A stretch of 64,000 nucleotides of DNA, from the NCBI GenBank assembly GCA_951406725.2, contig OX597814.1:6200001-6264000 (forward strand). Reading direction: 5' to 3'. Position numbers and translations under genes: made by a program. The DNA is from Octopus vulgaris (lineage: Eukaryota). Numbering within the stretch: the first letter of the stretch is position 1; the number at the start of each line of letters is the position of its first letter. Positions 27,174-42,100 of the stretch are shown in pieces. A model generated the notes under the pieces. It did no database searches, had not been told where the DNA came from, and was given only the letters and a program-made list of their open reading frames with translations.

Positions 27174-29414
27174 TGTGTATGTGTGTGTGTGTATGTGTGT
27201 GTGTATGTGTGTTTGTGTGTGTGTATGTGTGTGTGTATGTGTGTGTGTGTGTGTGTTTGTGTGTGTGTACACTTTTTCCTGTCTTATAAGAATTAAATAC
27301 TCAATCTTTCTGCTATTTTCACAACTATACTCTGTTTGAAATTTGCTTTCTTGTCTGTAATACACACACACACACACACATACACACACATGATGGAACA
27401 TTGGTTTACAAGTTAATTTGTTCCTGAAGGCTGTTTGTCATCTGAAATGTTGGTAAATCGAAGAGAAGGCAATTCAGGAGACGAAGGTAAATTGGATCAG
27501 TGATGTGCACCGAGAGAAAGCATAAAAGCTACGACAGTAAGAGATGCTCCCTCACCCCACAGACACAGCCAGCCTGTCCCCAACAGTTGTTGCCACCTTG
27601 CATGTTCATTACTCGAGACACTGCTACCTAAGATATTGTTTGTGATGTGTTTGTAAACGAAGGTTTCACTGATTGTATATATGTGTGTATATGTATGTAT
27701 CATCATTACCATCCCAACTCCTCCCACCCCCACATCCACTCTTTCAACCCTTCCCAATCTTTACAAAGGTTGTCTACTTCTCTTTCTCCCATTTCTCTTG
27801 TCTCTTTCTCCCTAAACATTTTTGCAAACCCCACCCATGACTAGTCATCTACTACCTATTTCTTTACTACCCACAAGGGGCTAAACACAGAGGGGACAAG
27901 CAAGGACAGACAAACGGATTAAGTCGATTACATCGACCCCAGTGCATAACTTACCTTGAGATGCCATCTGGACACCCCATCACTGCTATTTATCTCTTCA
28001 GAGATCCACCAATTTATTCTCTTTTGCAATGTAGCTCCTCTACAACAAAACCCCGCTCTACCCCAACCATTTCTCTTATACGTTGCCCCAATCTAACATA
28101 GAGACACTGTCCTCTGCTTGGGTTTTGTGTTCTTGCTAGCTGGATGGCAACCTCACTGCTACTGGTGCCACATCATAAAAAAACACCCAGTCCATGCTGT
28201 GAAGTGGTTGGTGTAAGGAAGGGCACCCAGCTGTAGAAACCATGTGAAAGAGGACACTGGAGCCTGATGTAGTTCTTGGGCCTATTGGATCCTGTTGATC
28301 CTATGCTAACATCAAACATGGATGTTAACTGATGATGGTGGTATGTATGTTGCTCCAGCATGGCTGCAGTCATATGACTGAAACAAGTAGTGAAATAATA
28401 GAATACATATGCACACACACACACACACACTTACTTCCATAGGGCGCTGGCCCTTCTTTCTTTCTGCCCCATCATGCATTGCTCACATCTCATCTCCTCA
28501 CACTCTTCAATCTTTCAATCTGTCGTAGGACTTGGCTGCCATAAAACCTGTGAAGACGGCACAATTGCCACGTATTAGATCTCCTTCCCCCTTGTTTTGC
28601 TCTTCTGGTTACTGCCCTCTCTTCCCTTTCCCCTGGAACCACTTCCATCCCTCATTATCATCCCTGCCCACACTATTTCCACCAATTACTATAGCCTCTT
28701 TTGTACCTCTAGATCTGCCCACCTCTCCTACTTCTTGCACATCATCCCACTGCTTTCTGCTCCGGTCCCTTTCCTGAACTGCTAACATTTCTCTGCAACA
28801 GCACTTCCACCCTTGTTCATCACTCTCCTCCCCACTCACCCCCTTTATGAAAATACCCATTCTCTCATTCTCCCTCCCACCACCCTCTCTTATGCTCCCC
28901 TTTTCCTTCCTTCAGAGTTTGCCCTTTGACCCTATCGCAAGGCTTCCTCTCTACCTCCCTTAGCTATGTCTCTCCTCTATTGCCGTGTAAGCCTCCCAAC
29001 ACCCAGCATAAATCCATAGAACCACTCTCCCTCCTCCCACTTTTGAATACGCACCCCCACCTCTTTTAGTTGAGGGGGTCCTTTTCCATTTTCTGTCTTC
29101 TTTTCTAGGAAGTCAACTGGTGACCTCACAAGGGCCAATGACATGGAAAAAGCATTGAAACAGAGGAACCGTGCCAAAGTTGGCATTGGAGTTTGCTGTA
29201 GCACCGTGGCCTGCCGGGTCGTGTCAAACTGTCCAATCCATGCCAGCATGGAAAATGGATATTAAATCATGATTCACACACACACACACACACATGCATT
29301 TATATACATATAGTAATGTAACAAGATTATGTTTTAAGGATGATTATGATGATGATAGTAGTGGTAATGATGCTGATGATTATTGGTCTCAACAACAACA
29401 AGAATTACATTTAC

Positions 29415-29536
29415 CTTGGATTGAGATTCGCCAATGCAGAATCTAAAATCTCTGTAGTTTTGTCGCTTCCTTGTGGAAGACTGCCAGCGGCACCAAGGTC
29501 TTGCGGTAATGGTTCTGCATCATCTTCCTCAGAGCG
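29415..29536 (-). CDS. CDS: CDP-diacylglycerol synthase, upstream internal exon (N-terminal acidic region)
   Basis: gtgtttttctttgcag|CGC TCT...CCA AG|gtaaat; 122 nt encoding RSEEDDAEPLPQDLGAAGSLPQGSDKTTEILDSALANLNP(R), like CDS DDTPEVLNRALSNLSSR. Splices in frame (phase 2) to 26623. Confidence 0.9.
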
Positions 29537-31595
29537 CTGCAAAGAAAAACACACAATTTCTAAGACACAGATACAACTATTGGAAGCAGGCACAAACATT
29601 TTCGGTGCTCGGTCACCACTTTTGATAATTTTCAAATAACTTTTCATAATCTGAATGATTGTATTGCTGAAATTGTCAAAAGGAAGGACCAATGTGCAGA
29701 GGTATGACAGAACAACAACAACAACAAACACACACATAAACACCAAAAATGAAAAAAAAAAACCCCAAAACCCAACCACAACAAATCCTCAACCATTGTT
29801 TGGTGAGGAGTTCCATGATTTTAGAAACTGTTTTAAGTGAAGAAATAGACTTTCTTCCAGCTGACCGACCCTTCTTTCAGAGAAACATTGAAGAAGGGAC
29901 AGCTAAAAGGAGGAGAGGCGGCACCATTACTAGACTGGTACTTATCTCAGCTGAGCAGACTGAAGCAACATGAAATGAACTAACTTGCTCAAGGATATAA
30001 TGAACCACTCAGTGTAGGAATCAAAACTGACAACACATGATCTTGAGCTCAACCACTGGGCCACACATGCATGCACACACACAAATTACATGAAGATGAG
30101 AAAAGCTGTGGGTCCTTTAAATACTGTCCGTGATATTCTGAAGGAGACTAGCAAAATAGGGCTTGAGATAATCCCTGATATAGTGAACCAGGGAACAGAG
30201 GTGGGTGTCGTTATCTAATGACTAGTTTGATAGCAGTAAAATAATCAAGTGTTAATGAGAGCAAAGGAGGGTCTTTAGAAAGAAGCAGCCACAGAGACAT
30301 CAAACGGATGGAGGAAGTTTTGAAAGGAAGAGGTGTGTTGTAGCATCACTGATGCAGTTTGGATTTCACCTGGGTAAGAGTAGCACTGGTCCTCTATCTA
30401 CAGAGAGATGTTAGTTAAGAGTTGGCCTCTCTCGCATACGCTGATGTGGAGAAGGCCTTCAACAAATGCCATGGTCTACAGTCAGGTGGTCTTTAAGAAG
30501 ACAAGTTATCCAGTGTACAGAAGAGACAAACAGAAAACGAGAACTCACTCTGGTGTATCCAGGGTGAACCCTGGACAGACCAGAAAGAACGGAAAAGTCA
30601 ACCTTGGTGGAATCTGAACTGAGAACATAAAAACAGATAAAAGGCCCCTAAGCATTTTGTCCGACACCCTAAGGATTCCACTGGGTTGCCAACAACAACA
30701 ACAGCAGCAGCAGTAATAATAATCTTTTCTGCTTTCGACATAAAAAAGGAAATTGTAGGGGAGGGGATAATTAATTATGTCTACCCCAGTACTCAACTGG
30801 TACTTACAGACCCTGAAAGAATGAAAGGTAAATGTGACTCCCAGCAGAATTTGAACTCAGACCATAAAGAAGGAGTAAATGCCTTTTGTCTGGTATGCTA
30901 ATGATTCTGCCAGCCTGCCATCTTAGCCGCGGCATTGGCAGCGGCATGGTAATGGATGACATTGTCAACAGCAACGAAACAGCTGTCATCAGAAGGAAGC
31001 TGCAACTAATTCATATCTCTGTAACCATTGAAGTTGTAGACTGAACACCAACCTGTTTGGTCATAGCAACCCTTCACAAGCAGACGATTCAGTCTTTGCA
31101 GTCCTCATGACACATTGCATCATACATTAGTAAATAAAATTACGTAAATCGGAGAAGATAACACCAAAATTTTAGTAGGTTTCCTCAACAATTAGTCATG
31201 GAAGCTATATTATAAGTAAAATACAATAAAAGTTAGTGACAGCACAGTATCAAACTAATTCCACTTTTTACTGCAAAAATAAACCTGGAATTAAAGATAA
31301 AAAGTTTGAAATTCTCTGATATTGATATCAATGTAATTGCAACATTATTCTCATGATTACTGCTTCACAGAAAATGGCAAAAACACACACACAACAGAGA
31401 GATGCTTCATTCGGAAGAGAGGAAGAAGAAGATTTAGAGACATCAATACAGCAAGGAACTTTATTATTGCACCTGTTGAAATATAACGGATTAATAGAGA
31501 AGTGTATGAAACATCGTTAAATTAACGAGAAAGGCTGTCTCTTGTATATACTGGATGTATGTGTGTATACTGAACTCACATGCTCAGCATGTCAT

Positions 31596-31640
<45 letters not shown>

Positions 31641-32359
31641 AGAGAGAGAGAGAGAGAGAAGAAAGGTGATATGGAAATAGATTCTGAGTAATACTTTCTG
31701 ATAACAAAACCATTTGTAACTGTGCAAGAGATTTTCCAATTGATTGGTGATAATCTGCTTCGATTAACAACTCCTTCCATGTTAACAAAAGCTATCATCA
31801 GCAATATGGATTATTAGATCCTACGCACCACTGTGACCCAATTCCTTCTCACAGTTTAACACAATTTCAACATGGCTCCTTCCTGCAAGCTGATCCTCCA
31901 TCCCAGCCCTAAAAAATGTGGGTTCTTCAACAGCTTTTTAAAGGAGAGAATCAACTGTAAAGATGTCTTGTAGAAGTGAATTCGTCTGAGAGAGATGAAA
32001 ATATAAGTCTTACAAATCTGTGCACAACACAAATGTTTATGGTTATCAGCATGAGAAGGTTCATGCTCGTTACTATTAAGGGCACAAGGTAAAGGAATGG
32101 GTTGTTGGGTTTATTTAATGAAAAAAAGATGTCCATAACCTACAGAAACACTTGTTTAAAATCATTCCCACTCTTCTGTTTATGCTTTAAGATTACAATA
32201 TAAAGCGGCAAGCAGAATTGGTGGGGTTGCTGGTGGAGAGAAAGGCTGGGTGGCATTTTCCTCTGTCTTCAGTCTCTTACCCTCCTCCCCCACCCCACCA
32301 AAAGGTGACTTTGTGCCAGACTTTGAAACACCCCCCCCCCACCTGCACTGCTGTCCCTG

Positions 32360-32785
32360 TTGCCCTTCCACAAACTACCTCCTCCAGGTACTTGATGTAG
32401 GCCTCTGTATTGGTTCTGAGGCCATACTGGAAGATGACTGAAGGCATTACGTTGCCCTCACTGGTGATCACTCCAAACACCATGATGTTGACTGGATGTT
32501 TGATTTTTATCACTCTTGGTACATGTTTTGGGGACACAGTAAGACCTCAGATCCACACCCAAACACTCTGAAATGTTAATATTGGAGCTTCCGGTGTGAA
32601 TGCCAAGCAGTACAGCAAGTTGCTTCCAAATTTTCGGCAGAGTGAATTGCATCACGGTGCTGTTGTCTTCACAGATAGTCCCCAACTGACCCTACTATAC
32701 TGTGTAGTCAACAAAACAAAAACAGACAGTGTGCATGCATGAAATTAAAAATATAAAATGACGACAATTTACCCATTGCACCGTG
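32360..32785 (-). mobile_element. Tc1/mariner-superfamily transposase remnant
   Basis: KHPVNIMVFGVITSEGNVMPSVIFQYGLRTNTEAYIKYLEEVV resembles the KHPxxVMVWG..Y..L segment of the DD(E/D) domain. TA-flanked end near 32785. Confidence 0.7.
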
Positions 32786-32804
32786 TATGTATATATGTAT
32801 ATAA

Positions 32805-33550
32805 GAGACCAAGACCTTTGGAGGTACGGCTGTGATTGAGAAGACCCAGCAAGTAAAGTGAGATCACAGCTGTGACCGATACTAGTGTCACATAACCAGT
32901 CCACTTAGCCCTTTCGTTACTACCCCGGCTGAAACCGGCTCTAGATCTGAGTACAAATGTCTTATTTTCATAAGTTTTGAATTAAAATCTTCCACCAAAC
33001 CTTAGTCACAATTTATGTTACTAACACTAGCTAAATGATAACTAAGTTATTTTACTAAATTCTTTGTTATATTTAAAGTAATTGAAAGAAATACAGAGCA
33101 TCTCAAAATAAAAACAGTAACGAAAGAGTTAAAAGTACCCTTGAATTGTTGGGCGATATGCTGTGCTTGAGAAAACATGTGGCATCAGGTGAAATTGTAG
33201 TCATGGCTGATGCCAGTGCCACCTGACTGGCACACATGCTGGTGGCATGTAATAACCACCATTCAAGTGTGGGTCAATGCCAGTGCCACCTGACTGGCTC
33301 TCTATGCCAGTGACACATAAAAAGCACCATCCAAACGTGGTCGATGCCAGTGCCACCCCCACCCCCCACTGGTGGCATGTAAAAACACAGACTACACCCT
33401 CAGAGTGGCTGGTGTTAGGAAGGGCATCCAGCTATAGAAACCATGCCAGATCAGATTGGAACCAGGCGCAGCTGCTCTCTGGCTTGCCAGTCCTCAGTCA
33501 AACTGTCCAACCCATGCCAGCATGGAAAGCAGACGTTAAATGATGATGAT
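32805..33550 (+). mobile_element. RTE LINE 3' end with a nested piggyBac MITE
   Basis: RDQDLWRYGC.. followed by the common tail and (TGA)n. Confidence 0.7.
32909..33128. mobile_element. piggyBac-type MITE
   Basis: Homologous to 7236-7454; TTAG/TTAA flanks. Confidence 0.85.
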
Positions 33551-34395
33551 TTATCAATACACACACATATATATCTATGTGTGTATGTGTGAGTGTGTGA
33601 ATATTTACATTTGTTTTTAATTTAAGCACAAGGCCAGCCATGTTGAGGGGGAGGGGGTTAGCTGATACTGTTGACTCCAGTGAGATTTGAACACGGAAAC
33701 TTAGAGCCACAACAAATAGCACAAGACATTTTGCCAACACTAACGCTTCTGCCAATTTGCTGCCTCAGAAACCATTAATAATAAAAGCTGGGAGTTGTGC
33801 AAATTATGGGCTGCACAGAAATTATACAAGAAGTCAAGAGACATGTTGACCATGGCATGTTGTTGTTACATTTGAGAAAGGTGAGTTGGCAGGGAGGGGT
33901 GGGTGGGGTGGAAAGAAAACAACCCCTGCTGCCACCATGTGGATTGGACTTTTGAAGTCTAAATCAATATGGCTAAACTGGAGCCTTGAGGGTGGGAAAT
34001 GTGGGCTTTCATGAATAAACTGACTGGATCAAGGGACATCATCATCATCATCATCATCATCATCAACATTTAGCGTCCGCTTTCCATGCTAGCATGGGTT
34101 GGACGGTTCAACTGGGGTCTGGGAAGCCAGAAGGCTGCACCAAGCTCCAGTCTGATCTGGCAGAGTTTCTACGGCTGGATGCCCTTCCTAATGCCAACCA
34201 CCCTGAGAGTGTAGTGGGTGCTTTTTACGTGCCACCTGCACAGGTGCCAGACGGAGCTGGAAAACAGCCACGGACGGATGGTGCTTTTTACGTGCCACCG
34301 GCACGGGGGCCAGGTGAGGCTGGCAACGGCCACGAACGGATGGTGCTTTTTACGTGCCACCAGCACGGAGGCCAGTCGGGGCACTCAATAATAAA

Positions 34396-34433
<38 letters not shown>

Positions 34434-37400
34434 ATACTTTTTCCTTTTTCTCTGTCTTTCTTCCCCTTTTCTCTATCACATGACTTTGTAAATGAACAAT
34501 CTGCTGTGTTTATTTTAATGGCCTACCTACCAATGTATACAGTGTGTTTTTCTGCCCTAGGTGTCAGGAAGACACTTGGCAAGAAATGGGAACAGAAGTG
34601 AAAGATGATGACAATGATGATGATGATAATAATAATAATAATAAAAATAACAACAACAACAACAACAACAATTGTTCCAAATTTTGAATAACAAAGAAAA
34701 TGAAAAAAAAAACAGGATGAGTGTGAGGATGGCTACGTGGTGAGAGCAAAATTCCTGTTGATTGTAACATTACTGAGTGAACTTTATTAGATGTAGAAAA
34801 CACTTCAAAGTGTTTTTCAAGTGTTGGGGGGTGGGGGTGGGTGTGCCGACACAGCCATAAATTCTCGTTATCTGACTTGTTTGACCTTAGCAGAGGTGGA
34901 AATTATAAAAGAGAAGATTCAATCCATTCTACTTGTGACAGATAAAACCTTGTTAAGTTAGGAATAAAACCTTGTTAAGACAGGAAAACAGCTGTTGTGT
35001 GGAACCAGAGGTCATTTCTCAATGACAATATCATATGGAGCTGTCTTCACTAAACTGGACCAGAGAAACAGTATTAAATCAAAGGTGGAGACAAAACAGA
35101 GGCGCCATGAAAATATCTCTAATATCAAATAGTTGAGACACTACTTCTACAGCACCGTTTAAAGGAAGGATGAACATTTTGTCTGAAGAAGCAGACATGA
35201 TGGTCTTTAGTCATTGCTACCTGTGTTCTTAATCAACGATAATGAAGAAGAAGGAGATTTCAAATCAGAAAGAATATTTCACTGGAAAATTTACAATTTT
35301 TTTTTTGTCTAATAATAAAACATTTTGGTTTAGAGGCTATTTCAATGACAGAGGGTATAATTAATTAGTGTCATTTACATTAATTATGGTTGTTATTCTC
35401 ACTTGCTCTCATCACCTTGTCCCAAAGTAGAAAGAAAACAAATGGAGTAATTTGTATTTTGTTTAGAGAAATGAAAATCCTGTATTTTTGGTTTCTAAAA
35501 TATTTCACTCGAAATAAACGTTTGAATAAACACTTAAGAAGAAACTGAGAAACTGTCTGCAGAGCAGTTTCCTGTTAGCATCAAAATCTGATCATTAATA
35601 TAGGTCTGTACAATTACATTGAATATATTCGTACACATTCAAATGTAGAAAGAAAGCATGCGAAAAATACAGCACTGGGCCATGAATTATGTTACTGGAG
35701 TGTAGGAGATGCTTTTCTGCGTTGTTAGGCATCATCAGTTATGGGCAGTGAATCTGTTGTTTGGAGCCCATTAACAACTGTTCTTATATTTAAATAGCAA
35801 ACAATATATTTGCTGATGTGTGCAAAGCTTTGTCAAGCTAGAATTAATAAATTAAAAATGAACTAAACATGGGGTTGATTGGAATATAGATGTGTACAAT
35901 ATTAAATGCTTTGTGTGGACTTGAAAGTGGAAAGACCTTTGCTGGTAATTAAACATTTAGTTGAATTTAGAGACAACGGCTAGCATTCTGCTTCTCACAA
36001 GGTTTAGATCATTGCTGTGACACAACCAGAATTAACTGATTCAAGCCAAATATATTATTGAGATATAACTTATTTACTTCTGGAGTGATATGCAACCAAA
36101 TTGATTCTGGTAAATTCAGAACTCCAGACAAGGAGTTAATGGAATTAGTTAAACAGATTCATATTTTCTTTCAGTGGCTATTTTTGAGGGACTTAAAATA
36201 AAATATTAATTAATTATTAACAAAAGAGTAAATCCTTAATTGGAAATTATGAATATGGAAATACTTATGAAAAATTAAAACAAAAAGAAGGTTAGTGAAA
36301 TTTTGGGAAGCCCATAGCCCTCTGTGAACTGTATTATTGTTTTTAACCCTGAGTAAACAGAGCTGCTTAGCTCTGGGTCAACTGTGTTGTTTAGTTGTCT
36401 GGGTTAAACAGAAACATTTCAGTGTTACAGATGACCCCTTCTATGAATGCCAGTTTTTACTAAGTTGTGGTCAATGAAAAGTCTTGGAGATGTTAGGAGA
36501 ATTAATATCCAAGTGTCTAATCATCACAGCTGTTTGAGTGGCAGCAGCAGATGGTTTCACTCATTGCCAACATCAAATATTTATGAACAACTGCACACAA
36601 GACGAAATATCATCAATCTAGATGACAGCAGAAATAAATTTAATTATTTAATTTGTTTTGATTAAAATCAATGGATGTTTCGACCGATGAACTGACAGCG
36701 ATTTCAAGAACTAATGGTCACAAACTGCTGCCATATAAAGGATAGAAACCAAAAAAGGAAACAGTTTGCTTAATCTGATTAGATTGAAGTAGAAATCAGA
36801 AAGAGTGTAAAGTTGATTAAAAGTTGATGACAAAACCCTAGATTTTCGTTTCTAGATTCTTTTGATAAAAAAAAAATTTTTTAAATTGTGAAATTGTTGG
36901 GATTCGTTCTTGTATATAATTAACCTGAATTTGGCTGGAATAAAAGTTGATAATTAGAATTGCTGACCCAGTTTGTATAGTTTGATGTAAAGATTGAATG
37001 TTACGGTTACTTTACTGAATGAAAAGAGTAAACGGTTGATCAAAAACGAAACAGAACAAAACAAGGATCACGTCAGACATCTGCCGATCACTGCAATTGA
37101 CCCTCTTGATGGAATGGAAATGAAATAATCACCTGGTTTACAAGAGGAATATTGTAGCAAAAATTATTTGGAAGATAAATCAGAGAAACTCCATTATTTG
37201 TAGTTATCTTTCAACTGGCACTGAGACAACCTATTTTTAACATTGGTAATATAGGGACTACTGTCATCAACCAATCTTATATTACACACCTGTAGTCATA
37301 GATTACAGGTGTGTAAGTCATTCATCTGAAAAGTATGGTAACCATATTAGTTGTGAGAAAGCCAACCCTCCATTAATACAGAGCTTTGGCTCATTAACAA

Positions 37401-38241
37401 TTAAGCAACGATGCTAATTTTTACAGTTGTTAACCTTAGAAGCTATTTTCAACGAAGGCTGCCAATTCTCATGGCAGTGTTTGCAGTGTTGAGATAGTTT
37501 TCGAAGAGAGAGGAACTGAATGAGACGGAGGAATTGGTTTGCAGTTCAACAACACAAAAGAAACGATTGTGTAGAGTTTGTGAAAATGGTTTTATGAGTG
37601 GAGTGATGGGGGTTGTAAGGATGTGGAAACGGACAGAAGATGAAAACAGTCCCTAGGCATGGAAGTGAGCTAATAGTCAAGGTATGGAGTGCATCATAGC
37701 AGTTACTATTCCTGAAATATATACTTATGGTGCTACAAGATAAGGCAGTGGGCGGGGTGGGTCGGGTGGCAGTGGTGGTGGGGGAAAAATATATTTCAGC
37801 ACTAATAAGACGAAAATAGTTTTCTAGGAAATGTAGCAGTGGTGATAGGCAGTAGTAGTAGTAGCAGTGGTAGAAAGTAAGTTGAAATGAATACAGAAGA
37901 GAGATTTCATAGTTAACAATAGATGAGTTCATAAAGTCCAGATGTGTGCAACACACACACACACACACACACACCTGATACATACATCGTATATATATTA
38001 CACTGCATCTATCATTCCACACACACACACATGTACTATAAACACACCACAGAAGTTATTGCAAGAGAAATATAATCTTGATGGAGAGAGAGGGGGGTGG
38101 AAGATCCTTCAACACAACGAAGCAATGAAGTGTTTAGTAAATATTAATGTTTTATAATGAGAGGATTAACGAGGAAGAGAGGAGGAGAGAAGTGAAGAGC
38201 AAAAGGAAATCAATGGGAAATAGAATAGAGTTGTTTGGTAA

Positions 38242-38835
38242 TCATCATCATCATCACCATCATTTAACATCTGTTTCCCATGTTGGCATGGGTTGGACAG
38301 TTTGACCAGAGCTGACAAGGCCAGGGGCCATACCAGGCTCCATTGTTCTGGTTTCTATGCCTGGATGCCCTTCCTAATGCCAACCACTCCACAGAGTGTA
38401 CTGGGTGCTTTTTTTTTATGTGGACACTAGGACTGGTCCCAATTCTGTTGTGGTAGACAGGTATTCTTGAGTACAGCAAGGTGCCAGATATCTGGGTCCT
38501 TTGTCATCTCCTTTGTAAGGCTCAGTGTTTTCAGACTGACCCTTCAATACTTCAATACTCTCTCTCTCTCTCTGATGCATGATGCATGTATATGAATGAC
38601 AATGCTACATGGTAGTGAGACATGGACCCTGAATGCAGAAGGTGCACAAAGTTTAGAGAGGAATGAAGCTAGTATGCTCTGCTTGATGTGCAATGGAGTG
38701 CATTGAGAGAAAAGTTGGGCATAAGAGGAATTGGATGCAGCGTGCAAGAGAGAAGAGTTTACTGGTTTGGTGATGTGATGCAAATGGATATCGACAGTCG
38801 CATACAGATCTGCCTGTCACTTAAAGTGGAGGGAG
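38242..38835. mobile_element. Old RTE LINE with an inverted 5' segment (38577-38835 on +, 38242-38553 on -)
   Basis: The plus piece encodes MLHGSETWTLNAE..LERNEASML..LSLKVEG. The minus piece continues with the downstream RT end and the tail. Confidence 0.65.
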
Positions 38836-38873
38836 ACACAGTATGATAATAATAATAATAATAATCATCACCA

Positions 38874-39158
38874 TCACGTGACCGACCAGTCCATCAGATG
38901 TAGTTACACATCGCTGGTCACAATGCGTTTGCATTGTTTTAGCCTTCAAATGACGCCACCCCACTGGCTAAGCGAGCAGGCCAACAGAAGAAAGAGTGGT
39001 GAAAGAGTACAGCAGGGATCACCACCCCCTGCCGGAGCCTCGTGGAGCTTTTAGGTGTTTTCGCTCAATAAACACTCACAATGCCCGGTCTGGGAATCGA
39101 AACCGCGATCCTACGACCGCGAGTTAGCTGCCCTAACCACTAGGCCATTGTGCCTCCA
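38874..39158 (-). mobile_element. tRNA-derived SINE, family B (tail type 1)
   Basis: Matches 15286-15589; sits in (AAT)n. Confidence 0.85.
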
Positions 39159-42100
39159 CAATAATAATAATAATAATGATGATGATGATGATGATGATAA
39201 TAATAATAATGATGAAAGTTTTAAGCGCTTGATAGACTCTTGAAAGCTTGTGGATGCCTAAGGTTCGAGGTAGTAACCCAGTACCCACATAAATTCTACC
39301 AGGAATAAGACCGAACCTGAGTAAAATCCTCAATAATATTAATAACGATTGTATTGAACTTCCTTTCATATCTTTGCATAATTATCCAGTGAGAATCTCA
39401 CATCTTCATTATACCAGGTCTGAGGTAATTACTGCACATGGTGAGAATTGTTATGAAGATAGTGACTGACTGGCTGTTATTTAGCCCCAGATCAAACTGA
39501 ATTGGACAAAATTGTGATAAAAAAAGTTCCAACCATGACCACCCCATCCTTTTTGCATATGCAGGATTGTACTGTCTGGTGTATTTTTAAGATGGTAGGG
39601 CATGATTTGAGGAGTGTTTGGCTGTTATTTCAACAGACCATTCAGATGTTATGATGTTAGGTGTCTGGAAAGTGATCTAAACTTGAAGAATGTTATCAAC
39701 AACAGCTGATTGTTAGTGGCGAATTGAATTATTCCATTTATAAACCACATTACAACATAAAAGAGAACTAGATGCAAATTCACTGAGGCTTGTATATACA
39801 CACATAGCCAAATGTCTGTATGTATATATATAGCCAAACGTGCATGTATACAGATATTTTACAGAGTGACAGTGCCAAGCAGTGATGTGTATAAAGACAC
39901 TCACTACCTGTCCAAACATGCTTCAGGTACAATTTCTTGACCTATTTCTTGTCTACAGTGGGAAATTTTCTCCCTGACGAAATACAATGAGTGGCTTTGC
40001 TATGGGTTCAAATGTCCGTCAAGCATGTTTGGACTTGTAACGAGTTTGTACATATATGTTAACATGCCTAGCCATGGTTACACATGTGTGAGCATACATC
40101 CATAATGAAACCTGCCAACAAACAGAGAGAAAGTGGAAGTGTTGACATGAGCAAGTGAGAACAGCCCCCCCCCCCATGGAGCTGGATTCCAAACACATGC
40201 AGAATCATAGACATTTGAGTGTTCAATAGAAAATCAATGAATGTGAAGAGGAAGGAGATAGTGACTGGCTGTTATTTAGCCCTAGATCAAACTGAATTGG
40301 ACAAAATTATGATAAAAAAAGTTCCAACCATGACCACCACATCCTTTTTGCATATGCAGGATTGTACTGTCTGGTTTTTTTTTTTAGATGGTAGGGCATG
40401 ATTTGAGGAGTGTTTGGCTGTTATTTCAACAGACCATATGTAAGATATATAATAAAAGATATAGACCAGCACCACATTTACCATTATTTGGAAGATTCAA
40501 AGAAGATTCATAGATGAGACATTGTTGTCTTGTCTATGTTTTGGCTGCAACTAATCCAGTTCCAGTCTCAAAGATTAACCCCAGTCTTCATATCAGTTCT
40601 ACGTTTGACTACTGAGATTAGGTGACTCATAGAAAGATCAATTATCTCGTATATTTGCTGATAATACATTGAAGAGAATAGCAAAAAGAAAAAAAGAAAA
40701 AAAAGGCGTAAGAAAAAATTTCCTGAAAGCAAATCTCACTTGGATTATATGATTTGTCTTCTCAGAGCTGTTTGTAAAGTTTGAAAATATAGAGAGAAGA
40801 CAATTATTCAATAAGCTTATTATGGTGGGCAAGAAAGCTAAAATGTTGTGCCTGCTTGCTCTCTCTCTCTCTTTCTCTCTCTTTCAACAGACTCACATGA
40901 AGCATATGATAGGCTTCTTTCAGTTTCCATCAGCCACAACACTTTGATAGGCCTGGGGCCTAGAGTAGGTGTCACACAGTGGGACTGAACACGAAATCCT
41001 ATGACCAGGAAGTAAACACCTGCATCTTACTATCCTAACAACTGTTGATGGTGACACAATCCTACATCAACCTTAACACAAATAGCCATTTAGAAATAGA
41101 TTAAACAAATTTTACAGCTAAAGCTTAATTAAAATTATGGCGATTTACTAAAATTTATTAAAATTTCAAATAAAAGAATATTCTTTATATTTGTGCAAAA
41201 CTTATTTTTATTAGTATTTTTATTAATATTTTTATTAGTACCTTTATTAGTACTTTTATTAGTATGGTCATTCGTTGTACAAATGAATAAATTACGACAT
41301 TTGACTATTCTTGCTTTCTTTCAACTTGTTTAGTACAAAAATCAGATAAAATTTTTAAAAGAAATTTTAATAAAAATGATGTTGAATGTGTGAAGATAAT
41401 TATATAATTTCACCATATTTCCAGATAGAAATGCTCAATATTTTACCTGGCTTATATTGTATCAATAATCAACATATAAGATATTTATTGATTTTTATTA
41501 TTAGCCAAAGCACAACACTAACTTTTTAATAGACCAATATTGATATTTTGTTCATGATGGTTAACGACTGAGATGCTATTAGAATTTTATCAGAAATAAA
41601 CAAAAAGTTTATTCTTGGAGAAGCACGGAATTGAAGAGGTTCTTTAAAGTAAGCAGTTTATGCCGAGAAAAGAACATTTTGAAACCATTTTGGTTGAAGA
41701 TAAAACTGCTTGTACAAACGATAAAAGAAAGAAGCTTGCATGGAATAGCAGACAAAAACATGACCGCTTTTAACTAACATTTTCTATTCTTTCTGCTTAA
41801 TTGGATGAAATAAGTTGGTTAACACTAGAATATCGACACTTTGATGTTTATGAAATGAAATTTTAGATTCTATTTCACACACATTTTGAACATTTTTTTC
41901 TCTTCAAAATAAAGAAAAAACAAAATAATTTCTAAGAAGTTTTCTTTTATGAAAGAAAATTAGGAAATCAAGTATTTAAGTGTCTGATAAAAGATTCTTT
42001 CTGCCAGTTGTGAATACATCAATAGACATGGCACAATTTCCATAGTTTAATATGGAAAACAACTGCAATAACAACAACAATGGCAGTAATAAACAAAAGT

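Noticed and set aside
37282-37316. 13-bp-stem hairpin as a miRNA precursor or terminator
   Set aside because: Too short for a pre-miRNA and no supporting context.
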